Shown here piece after piece: positions 51,622 through 64,000 of a stretch of 64,000 nt of DNA (its first letter is position 1; each line of letters begins with the position of its first letter). The notes under the pieces are model-generated. The model had not been told where the DNA came from, made no database searches, and was given only the letters and a program-made list of their open reading frames with translations. Source of the DNA: Octopus vulgaris. Taxonomy: Eukaryota. The position numbers and the translations under genes are program-made. The stretch covers positions 80,972,001 to 81,036,000 of the forward strand of contig OX597814.1 in assembly GCA_951406725.2 (NCBI GenBank), read 5' to 3'.

Positions 51622-52216
51622 CAAAGAAATTCTTATGGTAAATGTTTATATTTCTCAGGCTAAGGAATTGATATGCGTTTCATAATATATAATGTCTTAT
51701 ACACATGTGAATATTAAATATGTTGGCTGCTTAACCTAATTTTTTGTAATATAAGGCTCACTAGGAATTAATGTAGGAAATATATCTTTTGAAAAGATAG
51801 AAATTGCATTTAGTTTAGATTCTCTATTATTTACGCCAAATCTACCGCCATTCTTTTATTCATTCAACATCTGTTTTGCCATGCAAGCATGGTTCGAATG
51901 AATGCAATTCATTGAGGTGTTGCTTAACAACTGGATGCTCTTCCTTTACCTAACTCTTACCTGTTTCCCATGTAAGACTTTTTTCTACTCTCCACATGTC
52001 TTTGAAAGCACAGTGCCAGCAGATGACTGACCTATTGCTAAAGAAAATGACAAGAGCACCAATGCTGTAACTGAGCAATTTCTGAATATGCTTAAGTGTA
52101 AACAAAGACACACACTCACTCACACATGCACATCCATCCATCCATCCATCCAGATACTTAGCTAGCTGTAAGAGAATGAATATGCTGGTAAATATTTTGT
52201 TTAATATATACATGTG

Positions 52217-52438
52217 TACAAGGCAGTGCTGAAATGTTCCTGGCTTTACAGGTATCGCAAAAGGCCTGATTGGAGGCCCCAACCTTCTGAATTCTTTTAC
52301 AGAGCTTAAAAAATCTGAAGGGCCACAACAATACATGTGTGAACCTGAGAGAGGAATATGTTGAAGAAAATTGTAATTAACTGATCCCCCTGTATTTTCT
52401 TTTACCCAAAGCCAGGAACTTTTCAGCACCTCCTCGTA
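52217..52438 (+). mobile_element. Mariner-type MITE with ~30-bp TIRs and TA ends
   Basis: 'TAcaaggcagtgctgaaatgttcctggcttt' ... 'aaagccaggaacttttcagcacctcctcgTA' inverted termini. Confidence 0.85.
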
Positions 52439-52451
52439 TATCTATCTAAAG

Positions 52452-52487
<36 letters not shown>

Positions 52488-53300
52488 ATTTAATCCAAAA
52501 TAGAGATGACAACCAATGTTCCATGTAACAGGCTTGATAATTGTTGAGGGACTTCCCTTGACATGAAACCAATGGTAACCTTGACCCAAAAATAAAGAAT
52601 TTTTATCTACCAGTGCAAAATCCACTTGCAAGTCTTTGGTTATAATTGTAGTAAGAGACATTTGTCCAAGATGCTGTACTATGCATCTGAACCTGAAACT
52701 TCGTGCTTGAAAATTAAGCTTCTTGACCACACAGCTGTGCCTGTGCCTATTATAGGTATGTCAGTCTTCATATAGTTTCCATCCACCAAATTCATTCAGA
52801 ATGCATTAGTTGACCCTGTTAGAAATAATTATTTTATTTTATTTTATTAAGCCAATGACTGAGAATTCATAAGGTCATCAAATGTCAGTTAAATAATCCT
52901 TGAACCAAACTTGAAAAGAAGCACATTGGAAATCTAGTTTGGGTACAACATGACCAAAAAGAAATAAACAGAAAAGGGTAGGATATTTATGGATAGAATA
53001 TCATAAACCATAGATAAAAACCTCAGCTATCTTATCTATGCTCATTATAGGCCTACTTGTCTATGGTGTCCAATTGCTGGTTGAAAGGAATGTTCCCATA
53101 ATTAGGTGATTAATTTTGGCTGTTGATACCTAGAATTTGAACTCGGAACAGAGACAGCCAGATCAAATATCATAACATATCCAATGATCAAACAATTCCA
53201 CCTGTCCACTACCTTTGATTGATACTACACTTACTGACCCTCAAAAGGATTTAAACTCAAAAGCAGAGAGTTGGGTGCTATCTTATGATCTAACCCCACT

Positions 53301-53554
53301 CAGCATTTCTCAACCATTTTTTACCTATGGACTCCTTGGGTTCCTATTTTACTTGGATGGATGCCTCCTAGCCATTCAATGTTTAAAAAAAATCATATTT
53401 TTATAATTAAATATTATTAGGAATTGTATAAAAAAAGATTATTAAAATATTTTGTGTATTGTAGAAGTGCAAGCAGTTTATTGCGCATAAATTTTAACAG
53501 CAAAACCTTATATGAATCCCTAAGGGCCATATGGGCCCCAGTTAAGAACTTCTG
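53301..53554 (+). mobile_element. hAT (Charlie-like) MITE
   Basis: 'cagcatttctcaacc' ... 'agttaagaacttctg' degenerate CAGxGxTTCTCAAC TIRs; relatives at 42790 and 13790. No clean 8-bp TSD. Confidence 0.7.
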
Positions 53555-54882
53555 CTTTACATTATTGTAAAGGTTAAAAACCAAACATTATTAACAAAAA
53601 ATACATTACAAATTTTACAAGCACATACACATATAGAAGATAATATGCTTACAAATATACATCTGTTCTCAGTGCATGTGTAGACAAAACAACTGAATCA
53701 CTTTTGAGTCAACACAAGTTGAATATTTCTGTCACTCTAAATGTCCCATTCATTGTGTGATTTCTTTCACAAAGAAAATTTAGATGACTTCAAAGCTACT
53801 AATTAAATACACTGCTTGAGGGAGGTGCTTTTTTGGCAATAATTATGCACTTCTGGAGGGCGGTATGTTTAGGTTGTAATTATATATGCTCCTTGATGTA
53901 TGTGAGGTTAGGCAGTAATTAAATACCTCTAGAGTGAGGTGTGTTTTATATTACAGCTAACAATACAGTAAAGAATTACATCACAACCACAAAATCTTTC
54001 ACTTCCATGGTACGATTTACCTTTAAGAACGTTTACTAAGCCATTGCTATTGCTTAGCCACTGGTCAGCAATGACTGAACAAGTCTATGGTTATTTTTTT
54101 CTTTTTGTTACACACAACTAAAACTACATTGTTTGTTGTCTCCTTATTTTAGAACAGTACAGTGTGTTCTGGGGGGGAGATTTGGCTGCTATTTCTAGTT
54201 ATTTGAATGACCACATAAAGGTCCCTTTATCCATTTGTACTAAGCAGTTAATAAGTAACAAATTAGTAGAATGGCAGACAGTAGGGTGCTGGACTAGATA
54301 CCTCATGCTATTTTGTCTAACCCACTTTACATTTTAATACATCTTTCTATGGAAAGATGTATTGGCCTCAGTATAAAGAAATACCAGTCTTCAAATGAGA
54401 TTTACCCACTCAACTATGCCTACCCCTCTCCCGCAAAAATATGAAATTGTGCCTTCTGGTTATTATCATTGTCATTATTTGAAGTCCGTTTTTCAATATC
54501 TAACATAGGCTGAATGGTTTTGACACCATCTCAGCTATTGTCACAACCATCAACATCTTGCACACAGGAATAGAGAAAGCCACTAGTCATTGTTTTTTGT
54601 ATGTTTTGTTTGGCATGCTTTTAGTTTTTTTTTCTTTTTACAGCTGGATACCCTTCCTATCATATCACCAACCATATTACAGCCAGTGGGAGGCCTTTTT
54701 TTTCCAAAGTTACCTAGCTCCTAGGTAGGTTGCCTGTGCTGCAGCTTACTGAATTCGCATCTACATTTCATTCCTTTTATTTCCAAAGTGAGACACTATT
54801 ATGTTTGTTAGTTCACACATGGAAAAATCTCTTAATAACTTGGGTACTAAGTTTTGCGACTCCATCTGGTAAAATTTTAAGT

Positions 54883-55120
54883 ATCATCATCATCTTTTAA
54901 TGTTCACTTTCCTATGTTGGCATGGAAGAGTCAGAATTTGTTGAGGCAGATTTTTCTACAGCCTAATGTCCTTCCTCTCACCAACCCTCACCTCTGTCCA
55001 AGCAATGTGATATTTTCCCATAGCTAGACATGTATTTTCACTAAGAAGTCTGGAAACAAGCAGCTTTGAATACATGGTAACATTCATTTACAACCATTAC
55101 ATGGTATCTAAACAAGGTTA
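54883..55120 (-). mobile_element. RTE-tailed SINE family D
   Basis: Colinear with 19605-19840 and with the reverse complement of 39095-39332. Confidence 0.8.
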
Positions 55121-55147
55121 CACACAAGCACACATACACGCATATTG

Positions 55148-55336
55148 ACAAGGCAGTGCTGAAAAGCCTGGCTTTGGGTAAAATAATATACAGAAGAATC
55201 AGTTAATTATGATTTTATTCAACATATTCCTCTCTTGGATTCACACACTTTTTGTAACTGTCCTTCAGTTTTTCTAAACACTGAAAAAGAACTCAGATGG
55301 TTGAGCCTCCAACCAGGCCTTTAGCACCCCCTCATG
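55148..55336 (-). mobile_element. Mariner-type MITE, reverse copy of 52217-52438
   Basis: 'acaaggcagtgctgaaaagcctggctttgggtaaaa..tcagttaatta..ttcaacatattcctctc..cctccaaccaggcctttagcaccccctc'. Confidence 0.8.
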
Positions 55337-55400
55337 TGTGTGTATGTCTGTGTATGTGTATATATATATATATATATATATACATACACACACGCACACA

Positions 55401-55478
<78 letters not shown>

Positions 55479-56454
55479 GGGCCTCTTTCAGTTTCTCCCA
55501 ATCAAATCCACTCAAGGCTTTGACTGGCCTGAGGTTATAGTAGAAAACACTTGTGCCCATGGTGCCTTGCAGTGGGACTGAACCATGGTTGGGAACCAAG
55601 CTGCTGAAACATGCAGCCACACCTGCACCTAAATATATGAATATATTTTTAGATATTTAATTGATCAGTCAGACAACTGTTATATAATAATCAATGTTAT
55701 TTCTGCATGTTCTTTACATGAAGCTAAACCTACTAATAATAATTTTTTATAAACAATGCATTTAGAGACCACTCACTGTATCAAAGGGGACAGTCCAACT
55801 GCACTGGAAATGAGAAAGTATGCAAACATACCCTAAATTGGCAATCTTCCTAGATACTTGACTTCTTCCTGATGTATTTATTTAGCAAGTTGTTTGATCT
55901 GAAAATGTGTAATGAAACAAAAACAACTGCATCATGTCAATATTCATATTAAACTTTTGAACACACATACTCTGGGGTATTTACCTTTTCTTCTGTTCTT
56001 TTATTGTTATTGGGCTGTAACTAAGTTGGGGCAGTGCCATCGAGATTTTAGTCAATTATATCCCAGTATTTATTTCAGTCTGGTGTGTGCACACCACACA
56101 TCCCACACACATCACACACATACACATCAGAATAAAGGAAGGTGTGAAGTGGAAGAAATTTGTTATTTCTAGCAGATCAGGTGACTGTATAGAACATGGA
56201 TATGAAACAATTGACCCACGGCCCAGATTCAGCCTGTACCAATGCTTAGTCAAAACCCTAACTCAATTTTATAAAAAGAATTTTATTTTTTAATTTTAAA
56301 ATATTTTGTTAAAATATATATCCTTAACGTGTATTCAGAATTAGAGCCCAACTAGAGTTATGGTTCAAACTGGCTCTGATGAATCAAATCAATGTCCCTG
56401 AGGGAATCTTTTATCCCAACTCAAGAAACTGAAGCTTATGAATCCATTAACAAG

Positions 56455-56990
56455 GAGCATTCCAGAAGTTTTGAGACTTCTTCAAGAAAAACTTTTATTA
56501 ACTTCAAAGTACAAAATTCTAATCTCCTTCAAAGTAGGATCTTCTGACTTCAATACACTTGTTGCAGCACTCCAGCCACTTTGTGAAAACCCTATCTAAG
56601 TCCTCTAAAATGAATGTACCCAGGACCCTTATCACAGCCTCCTTCATCTTCTCTTTCAGCTTATGGAAAAAAAAAACCCAAAAGTCTCAAGGAGCAAGGT
56701 CTGGGTTGTAGGGAGGATCAGGAATAGTTTTGATAACCATATCTGTCAAATAGTTGATTACCAAGATGGGATTGTGGATTGGTGCATGTGCTTTGGACTT
56801 TTACAACAAACTCTCTTCCAGAACTCTCTCAAAACTAGCACAAAGTACTCTCTGTTGACTGTTTGGCTAGAGGAAACCCGGTGGATGTAGATGATGCTCT
56901 TGCTGTTGAAAAATGGAATCATAATGAGCTTCCTGACTGATTTACTTTGCCTGGCCTCTTGTGTCAGTGAAAGGCAACTGCTCAGCTCAT
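56455..56990 (-). pseudogene. Second decayed mariner transposase (different family from 895-1790)
   Basis: Minus strand: KLIMIPFFNSKSIIYIHRVSSSQTVNREYFVLVLREF; IKTIPDPPYNPDLAP*DFW (~56680-56735); KWLECCNKCIEVRRSYFEGD*; TIR-like end 'gagcattccagaagttttgagac'. Confidence 0.88.
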
Positions 56991-57239
56991 GCAAGCTAAT
57001 CTATCTGCAATCTAGAGCATTTCATAAGTTTCTATCACATTTTCACCCAGGTGAACACAAAACTGTATTGCATAGTGAGTTTCCAAATTGTCCTCACATC
57101 CCATCTGCATTCTGCAAACTAGTCAGCTGTGATAAGCAGTGTTTAGTAGGGTTGTATTCAAAGTGCTGTTACAGCTGTCTCCTTCAGTCTGGAATAATAG
57201 AAGTTGACAGGTCAACTTATTAGATGCACAGTAATGGTA

Positions 57240-57462
57240 TAACAAAATTGGTTTCAAATTTTGGTACAAGGCCAGCAAGTTCAAGGGTGGAAGTAAGTTG
57301 ACTACATCAACCCCACTGCTCCACAAGTACTTATTTTATCAACCCTGAAAGTTGACAGACAAAGTCAACCTCAATGGAATTTGAATGCAGAATGTAAATA
57401 CAAACAAAATGCCACTAAGCATTTTACTTAGCATGCTAATGATTCTCCTAGCTCGTCACTTT
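57240..57462 (-). mobile_element. Nin/Deu-domain SINE family B
   Basis: Colinear with 37367-37582. Confidence 0.75.
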
Positions 57463-57710
57463 AATGATATACTAAGATTGCAATAATCCAAGACAGTTAT
57501 AACTGCCTCTCTTAAAAATGTCTCTGAACTGCTGGAATGCATCTTGTCTTATTATCCCTTCACATAATCTATATACATTGAATCATACAAAATTTTCTTC
57601 CCAAATGTATGCACATGTTCTTTCAAATGGGTTTTATTGATATAAACGATACTGAAAAGTTATGCAACTGAAACAGTATAAGCTTTCTATTAAATATTGG
57701 TCTTATTAAG

Positions 57711-57936
57711 CAGGAATCCCCAACCATCAGGCCACAGACCAGTACTGGGCCACACAGAAAGAAAATAGATTTTTAAATATTATTTCTATTTTATTAGCTA
57801 TCACAATCTTTAGGGCATTTTTGCATTATATATGTAATAATTAGATTATATATTATGACTCCACTACCCACAGTCCAAGGAAAAATTGCCTTGCATGAAA
57901 CTGGTACTTGGAGGGAAAAAAGGTTGAGTACCATTG
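57711..57936 (+). mobile_element. hAT-Charlie (MER1-like) MITE
   Basis: 'caggaatccccaacc..ggccacagaccagtac' ... 'ggaaaaattgccttgcatgaaactgg..aaaaaggttgagtaccattg'; imperfect 8-bp TSD ttattaag/ttataagg. A right-end copy lies at 5495-5556. Confidence 0.75.
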
Positions 57937-58378
57937 TTATAAGGAATTATACATTCATTTGGACAATTTTTGTAAACTTTTGCTTAATAGGAGTGTACAT
58001 ATATATATTCCATGTGGATGAATTTTTACCACACATCTCTGTATACACACTCAGCTATCACTTCATTTTCTTTCCTTTCTGTATTGCTAATAAAGTTGTG
58101 ATCTCTTTATCCATTTACTTTGGCTTACATTATGAACAGGGTTTTTATGTATAACTGTCCCAATCCAGAGCTTGAGAACTGGTTCATGCTTTAATCTGGC
58201 CTTCAAAGCCCAATGAATTTGACACCTCTAATATAGAGTGACACTACCCGCTCCTTTATCATTAGCTTGAATGTGCCCTTGTGGCCATCTGTTTCCTTAG
58301 TTTAAATCTTGTCAAGATCACCTTTGGTATTATTTCAGGATTGATAAATAGAGTACCTGTTCAGTACTAGTGTCAATT

Positions 58379-58483
<105 letters not shown>

Positions 58484-59066
58484 CATATATATCAAGTGTG
58501 ATCAGGCCCATAGAAGGTTAGGTTCTTCTAGCATTAAAATGCCCAAGATATCTTGTATGTAATCAACAGCACTGCTATGTCCTCTATTAGGGGTTACAGA
58601 CTCAGAGAGAAAATGTTCTCTTTTTGTAATCATGTCTTTCCTATGGAGGAGTTTTTCAGGATTTTTTTCAGTGTTTTTCACTAATTTCTTTTGTTATTAA
58701 TACAAAACCTTTTTTTCATAACATGTATTACCATGTCCAAAATTTTCTAATTTTCCTTTTCTCCTTTTCTAAGACAGTAAGGCATGATTTGAGGTAAATT
58801 TGTCAGTTATTTCAAGCATGTCCAGTAAACCAGAGAAGCTCACCCATTGGCTCATATCAAACATAGCCTTTGTAAACATGGCAAAGGCAGAACCAAATAG
58901 CAAATTCAGATTCTGTCACCCATCCTACACTCACCCAACCCCTCTCCAATGGAGGCTTTGAATCCAAAACTGACCAGCAACATAAAATTGCTGTCTTAAT
59001 GGAGTGGGGGAGGATGTTTTATAAAAAGGACGATAACAAATGAAATGGCTTCCATCAGAAATAGAA

Positions 59067-59136
<70 letters not shown>

Positions 59137-59411
59137 CACGTTGACTGTGATCATATTTAGTTTACATCTCAGCCAACCATGACCTTTTTACCTATTGGTT
59201 TCCATGATTTAAAAATAGCATCTGGTTGAACTAGAATGAAATTTATAGCTCAAATTTACTGATTTTATATGCGTTTATGTGTGTGAGAGTATATGTTTGT
59301 GTGTGTGGGTGGGTGGGTGGGTGGGTGGGTGGTTGGTTATAGGAAAGTGGACATTAAATGAGGATGATGATATAAAACCATACTTGTGTATATATATAAA
59401 TATTTATTTAT

Positions 59412-59471
<60 letters not shown>

Positions 59472-59671
59472 ACACACACACACACATACATGTATATATG
59501 TGTGTGAATATGTAAGCATATATACATACATATATATATGCATAAAAATGTGTATATGTATATAAATATACATAGAAATGTATTTTTGTGTGTGTGTATA
59601 TATGCATAAATATGTATATACAGGAGTATGTACACAAATGTGAAATTCTGTGTATGTGTATGTATATATAC

Positions 59672-59708
<37 letters not shown>

Positions 59709-59730
59709 CATAAACACCCAGGTGTATATG

Positions 59731-59761
<31 letters not shown>

Positions 59762-59810
59762 TGTGTACAGTGCTCAGGTGCACTACAACTCATCTAAAGT
59801 GTATATATAA

Positions 59811-60685
59811 TCAGGTGAAGTTTCGGCGGATTTCGGAAAGCATGAGGGCCTTAAAAGATGCAGTGTCATGGCAGTCAACAACTGACGCAGGCAGTTTATT
59901 CCATGCTTCAGCAACTCTGAGCGTGAAAAAATGTTTCCGAAAGTCATGGGAGCTGTATTGTTTTCTGACTTTGTAGGCATGTCCACGTGTGTTAGACACA
60001 TGGAGATCAAAAAGGTGTTCAGTGTTGTTGTTGGTGAGGTGGTTGATAACTTTGTGGGTGTTTACCAAGTCCGTCGCCAAACGCCGGAGCTTCAGAGAAT
60101 CCATGCCCAGGGAAACAAGGCGCTCAGAATATGGTAGGTGTCTGATGGAGGGTATGCGTTTGGTTGCACGTCTCTGGACAGATTCCAGGAGGTCAATGTT
60201 CTGTGCAAGATAGGGGTTCCAAACTGATGATGCGAATTCCAAGTGTGGTCGTACCATAGCTGTATACAGTTTTAAATAGATGGCTGGAGAGCGGCTAACA
60301 AAAGACCTGCTGAGTGATGCCAAGACACCCTCGGCCTTCCTGACAATCTTAGAGATATGCTTTGACCAACGCAAATCACTGCTGACAGTGATGCCTAGGT
60401 CACGCTCGCAAGAGGATTTCTTGATATCAGTGTTGTGGAGGGAGTATGTGAACGCAGGGGTTTTTCTCCCAAAATGCATGGTGGTACACTTGTCCACAGC
60501 CAGTTTCAGTTGCCAGTCTGTGATCCATTGCTGCATTGTGTCTAGGTCTGATTGCAGGAAAGAGTTGTAGACATCAGGATCTGTCCTCTTGATTTCAAGG
60601 TACAGCTTGATGTCGTCTGCATATTTCAATACTGTGGCATTCTTTAAATTGGCATCTATGTCGTTAATGTATGCCACAAACAAGA
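59811..60685 (-). CDS. LINE ORF2 reverse transcriptase, C-terminal part (after 1-bp frameshift)
   Basis: LFVAYINDI, catalytic YADD, ERDLGI, LYTAMVRPHLEFASSVWNP, LESVQRRATK, TRGHAYK, FFTLRVAEAWNKLP: canonical CR1-group C-terminus with no internal stops. Confidence 0.92.
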
Positions 60686-61396
60686 GGGGCCAAGGACAGA
60701 TCCCTGTGGTACACCCGATGACATCTCATATGGTGTAGAGTGCTGTCCTAGAACTGTGACTACCTCCTTTCGGCTGAGGATGAAGGATTTCAACCAGTTA
60801 AAAAGGTCATCCCCCACACCCATTGCAGAGAGTTTCACCATAAGCCTTTTGTGTGGCACAGAGTTGAAAGCCTTAGCAAAGTCAAGGTAGACAACATCCA
60901 CCCATGAGCCACTGTCAGTAATCTGAGTAATGTCCTCAAGGAACTCGACAAGCTGGTCACTGCAGCTGGAGTTAGGGACAAATCCATATTGTGAGGGTCG
61001 GATGAGACTGTGAGAGCTCCAGAAGTTCCAGAGTGTTTCTCTGACACACGATTCCATCAGTTTTGCAATACAGCTAGTGAGACTGACTGGGCGATAGTTG
61101 ACAGGTGATGTGCGGTCGCCCTTTTTGAACAGAGGAATGACACTGGCAGTTTTCCACTGCTCCGGAATAGCACCATTGTTGAGACAGTACTGGAAGAAAA
61201 TAGAAAGCTGGTGTAAAAGGAAGTGCCTGCCACGTTTGAGAAGCAGGTATGTAACTCCATCGAGACCAGGGGAGGCATAGTTGCGCTTATTTTGAAGGTG
61301 ACGTCGCAGCATTGCAGGTGTAAATTCCATAGTTGTTATGGAGTTTGCTGTTAGTGATGGTGAAGATGGTACATTTTGACTTTCAACAGTGAATAT
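60686..61396 (-). CDS. LINE ORF2 reverse transcriptase, N-terminal part
   Basis: SPGLDG, IPEQWKTASVIPLFKKGD, NYRPVSLTS, QYGF, VDVVYLDFAKAFNSVPH, SGVPQGSVLGP. The frame stays open upstream of the called Met (IFTVESQN..) to the truncation point. Confidence 0.9.
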
Positions 61397-62380
61397 ATAA
61401 AAATATATATAAATGTATGTATCTCTCTATATATATAAGTATTTACATACACACACACACATATATAAGCATACACACCTCATACATACAAACATTATCT
61501 TTATCATTTGTTTGTGGTACCATTTGAGTCACAATTAATATCTTGAATGGACATTTCAAAGAAAGGACACTCATCAATATAAATCACAACAAACCATATC
61601 TTCATAAATTTTCTCACCTTCTTTACTCCAAAGATTTATGAATATTCATGCTGTCTATCATATATGTCCGTACATGTACTACATTAGTATGTATTAGTGT
61701 ATGTCTGCATGTGTGGGTGCATATTTGTTATATGATTATTGCTAGTATTGGTTAGTATGCATACACATGTTTCTGTCTATGTGTGTGTGTACAAAAGTCC
61801 CCATTTATGTATGTGTGTGTGCAAAGAGAAAAAGGATGAGATACATATATACATGCATACAGATTACATTTATGTGTGTGCATCTATATATAATCATATA
61901 TACATATACCCACACAAGCACACTCATGCATATATTTATTTATGGCCATATATGCACATAACACACCCATTACTTTAATTTTCTAAGTTTGTAAACAGGG
62001 AAAAAAATTTAATATTTCATACATTTAAGAATTAAAGAATATGCGTTTTACCAAAACATTTTATCTAATAAAACATGATAAAATTAAGTAATGATTGCTA
62101 TAAAAATGCATGTGTACACCCAGAGCTGTGCTTATACACACATGCACATTATCTGGGTGTGTGCTTGCGTGTGTGTCTACATATATGTAACTTTAGGCGT
62201 CTACCACACAGCTAAGTTGAAACATTTCTTACAGACAAATGTATACAGGCATATATATATGTGCACACACACATACATAGAAACATACACCCACACATTT
62301 AAATATACACATGTGGATGTATGTCTTCATCTATGTATTCTATGTAGGTATGAAAATGTGTGTGTGTGTGCACATATATA

Positions 62381-62509
<129 letters not shown>

Positions 62510-63619
62510 TTATATATATATATTTATACATATATATACATACCCACACAAACATTAATATCAAACAGTGAGAATGAGTGCTCAACACGACATTGGAAGA
62601 TAAATATATATATATATGTATATCTAATATGCTATTCAGTAGTGCCCTTTCAGCACTCTACCCACTAGTGCCCTATCCTGTGATAAGCTATCAACATGCT
62701 TTTGTGTAGAACCCTAATACTACCCCATCTTATAGTATTCTTTCACCACTAGCATCCTATCATTATTGATACCCTATTCAGTAATGCCTTAACTGTTTTG
62801 TAATGCCTTAAGTGGTCAGTTACCAGAATAAGTTGTTTATAAAAGTTGAAGCCACTTCTGTCTACATGTTTGCGAATGAAACCTCATGGTTGCTGCCATG
62901 GTACACTTTGTACTATGTATGAGACCAATGAGATGAAATACCTCTTCTGTGGGGATGAATGCAGTAATACAGCTATCAATTGCATTTGTCAGTTTTACAA
63001 TGCTTTTTGATTTCCTATTTAAATAAACTTACCATATCTTGGTACTTCCTTGTAGTTAGGTAAATTATGTTATTGAGAGCAAAGTTTCTAGTTTATGCAT
63101 AAACACCTGTGATAAATTTCACAGTCAATGTGCTGCTGGTTGTACAATAGCCTATCATCTCAGCCATCTGTAATTATCATATTAAAATGAAGACTGGTAA
63201 TTTAAACCAGATCTTCAGGTGTGCATTTTAGCACCTTCTGACATGGATACCTATCAAATCTTCATCCATGTAACAGCCAGATTGATATTCATAATCTCTC
63301 TGTCTTATATCTCAAGATAGAAGCTACATGTTTACACTCCTTAACCAAAATTCAGTATCATACCATTCAATAAGAAATAAATTAAGTAATACTTGTTAAA
63401 TACTTAGTTCAGTTAACTTTTTGTGTGATATGAATTCTTATTCCAGTAAAGCTGATCAGGTCACTGTATCATTGGTAACATCATCATTGATATCATCATT
63501 GATATTATCCTTTACACCAGAATGATAATAGTGCCACCCCCTTATCTATCTGTTCTCTTTAAGCAATCATTGCATATGCACAATTTCCTTCCAGATTTGT
63601 CTGTCTATCTATCCATCTT

Positions 63620-63981
63620 TTAATTGTTTCAGTCATTAGTCTGCAGCCCTGCTGGGTCACCACCTTGAAGAGCTTTTAGTCAAATGAACTGACCCTAATA
63701 CTTACTTTTTGTTTTAAGCCTGGTACCTATTCTATTGATCACTTTTGCTGAACCACTATGTTACAGAGACATAAACACACCAGCATCAGTTGTCAAGCGG
63801 TGGTTGGGTACAAACACACACACACATATATTTATGACAGACTCCTTTTAGTTTCCATCTACCAAATCCACTCATAAGGCTTTGTTTGACCAGAGGCTAT
63901 AGTAGATGCCCAAGGTGCCATGCAGTGGGACTGAACCTGCAATCATGTTGTGAGAAGCAAACTTCTTTCCACACAGCCATG
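63620..63981 (-). mobile_element. tRNA-derived SINE family A, full length
   Basis: Colinear with 12736-13120 and 48024-48395. Confidence 0.85.
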
Positions 63982-64000
63982 TATCATTAATGGTTATATT

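Larger units (their letters stand above)
59738..61396 (-). mobile_element. Young 5'-truncated CR1-group LINE (RT region, short 3' UTR, (ATT)n tail)
   Basis: GC-richer island; RT coding 61396-59811; ~50-nt 3' UTR with 'agtgc-acctga-gcact' stem-loop; (ATT)n tail at 59738-59762; inserted among TA microsatellites. Confidence 0.95.

Overview
AT-rich, microsatellite-saturated eukaryotic DNA with no confidently identifiable host protein-coding gene. The SINE families and repeat load are most consistent with an octopus/coleoid cephalopod intron or intergenic region (inference). Almost all ORF-track entries are artefacts of (TA)n/(CA)n/(TATG)n tracts. The supportable content is transposable elements. 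These are: a young, 5'-truncated CR1-group LINE with a reverse transcriptase broken only by one homopolymer frameshift (59.7-61.4 kb, minus strand); several decayed RTE-clade LINE pieces, one with a PHD-like finger inside the RT region; two mariner transposase relics; mariner-, piggyBac- and hAT-type MITEs; a 451-bp TTAA-flanked foldback element; a short R4/Dong-like fragment; and dozens of tRNA-derived and RTE-tailed SINEs. The first ~2.8 kb holds a garbled, indel-rich tandem duplication that looks like a long-read consensus artefact. I did not find a convincing novel multi-gene system. The best leads are TE-biology oddities, dsRNA-forming inverted repeats and a few speculative exon candidates. 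Boundaries of decayed repeats are approximate (read by eye).
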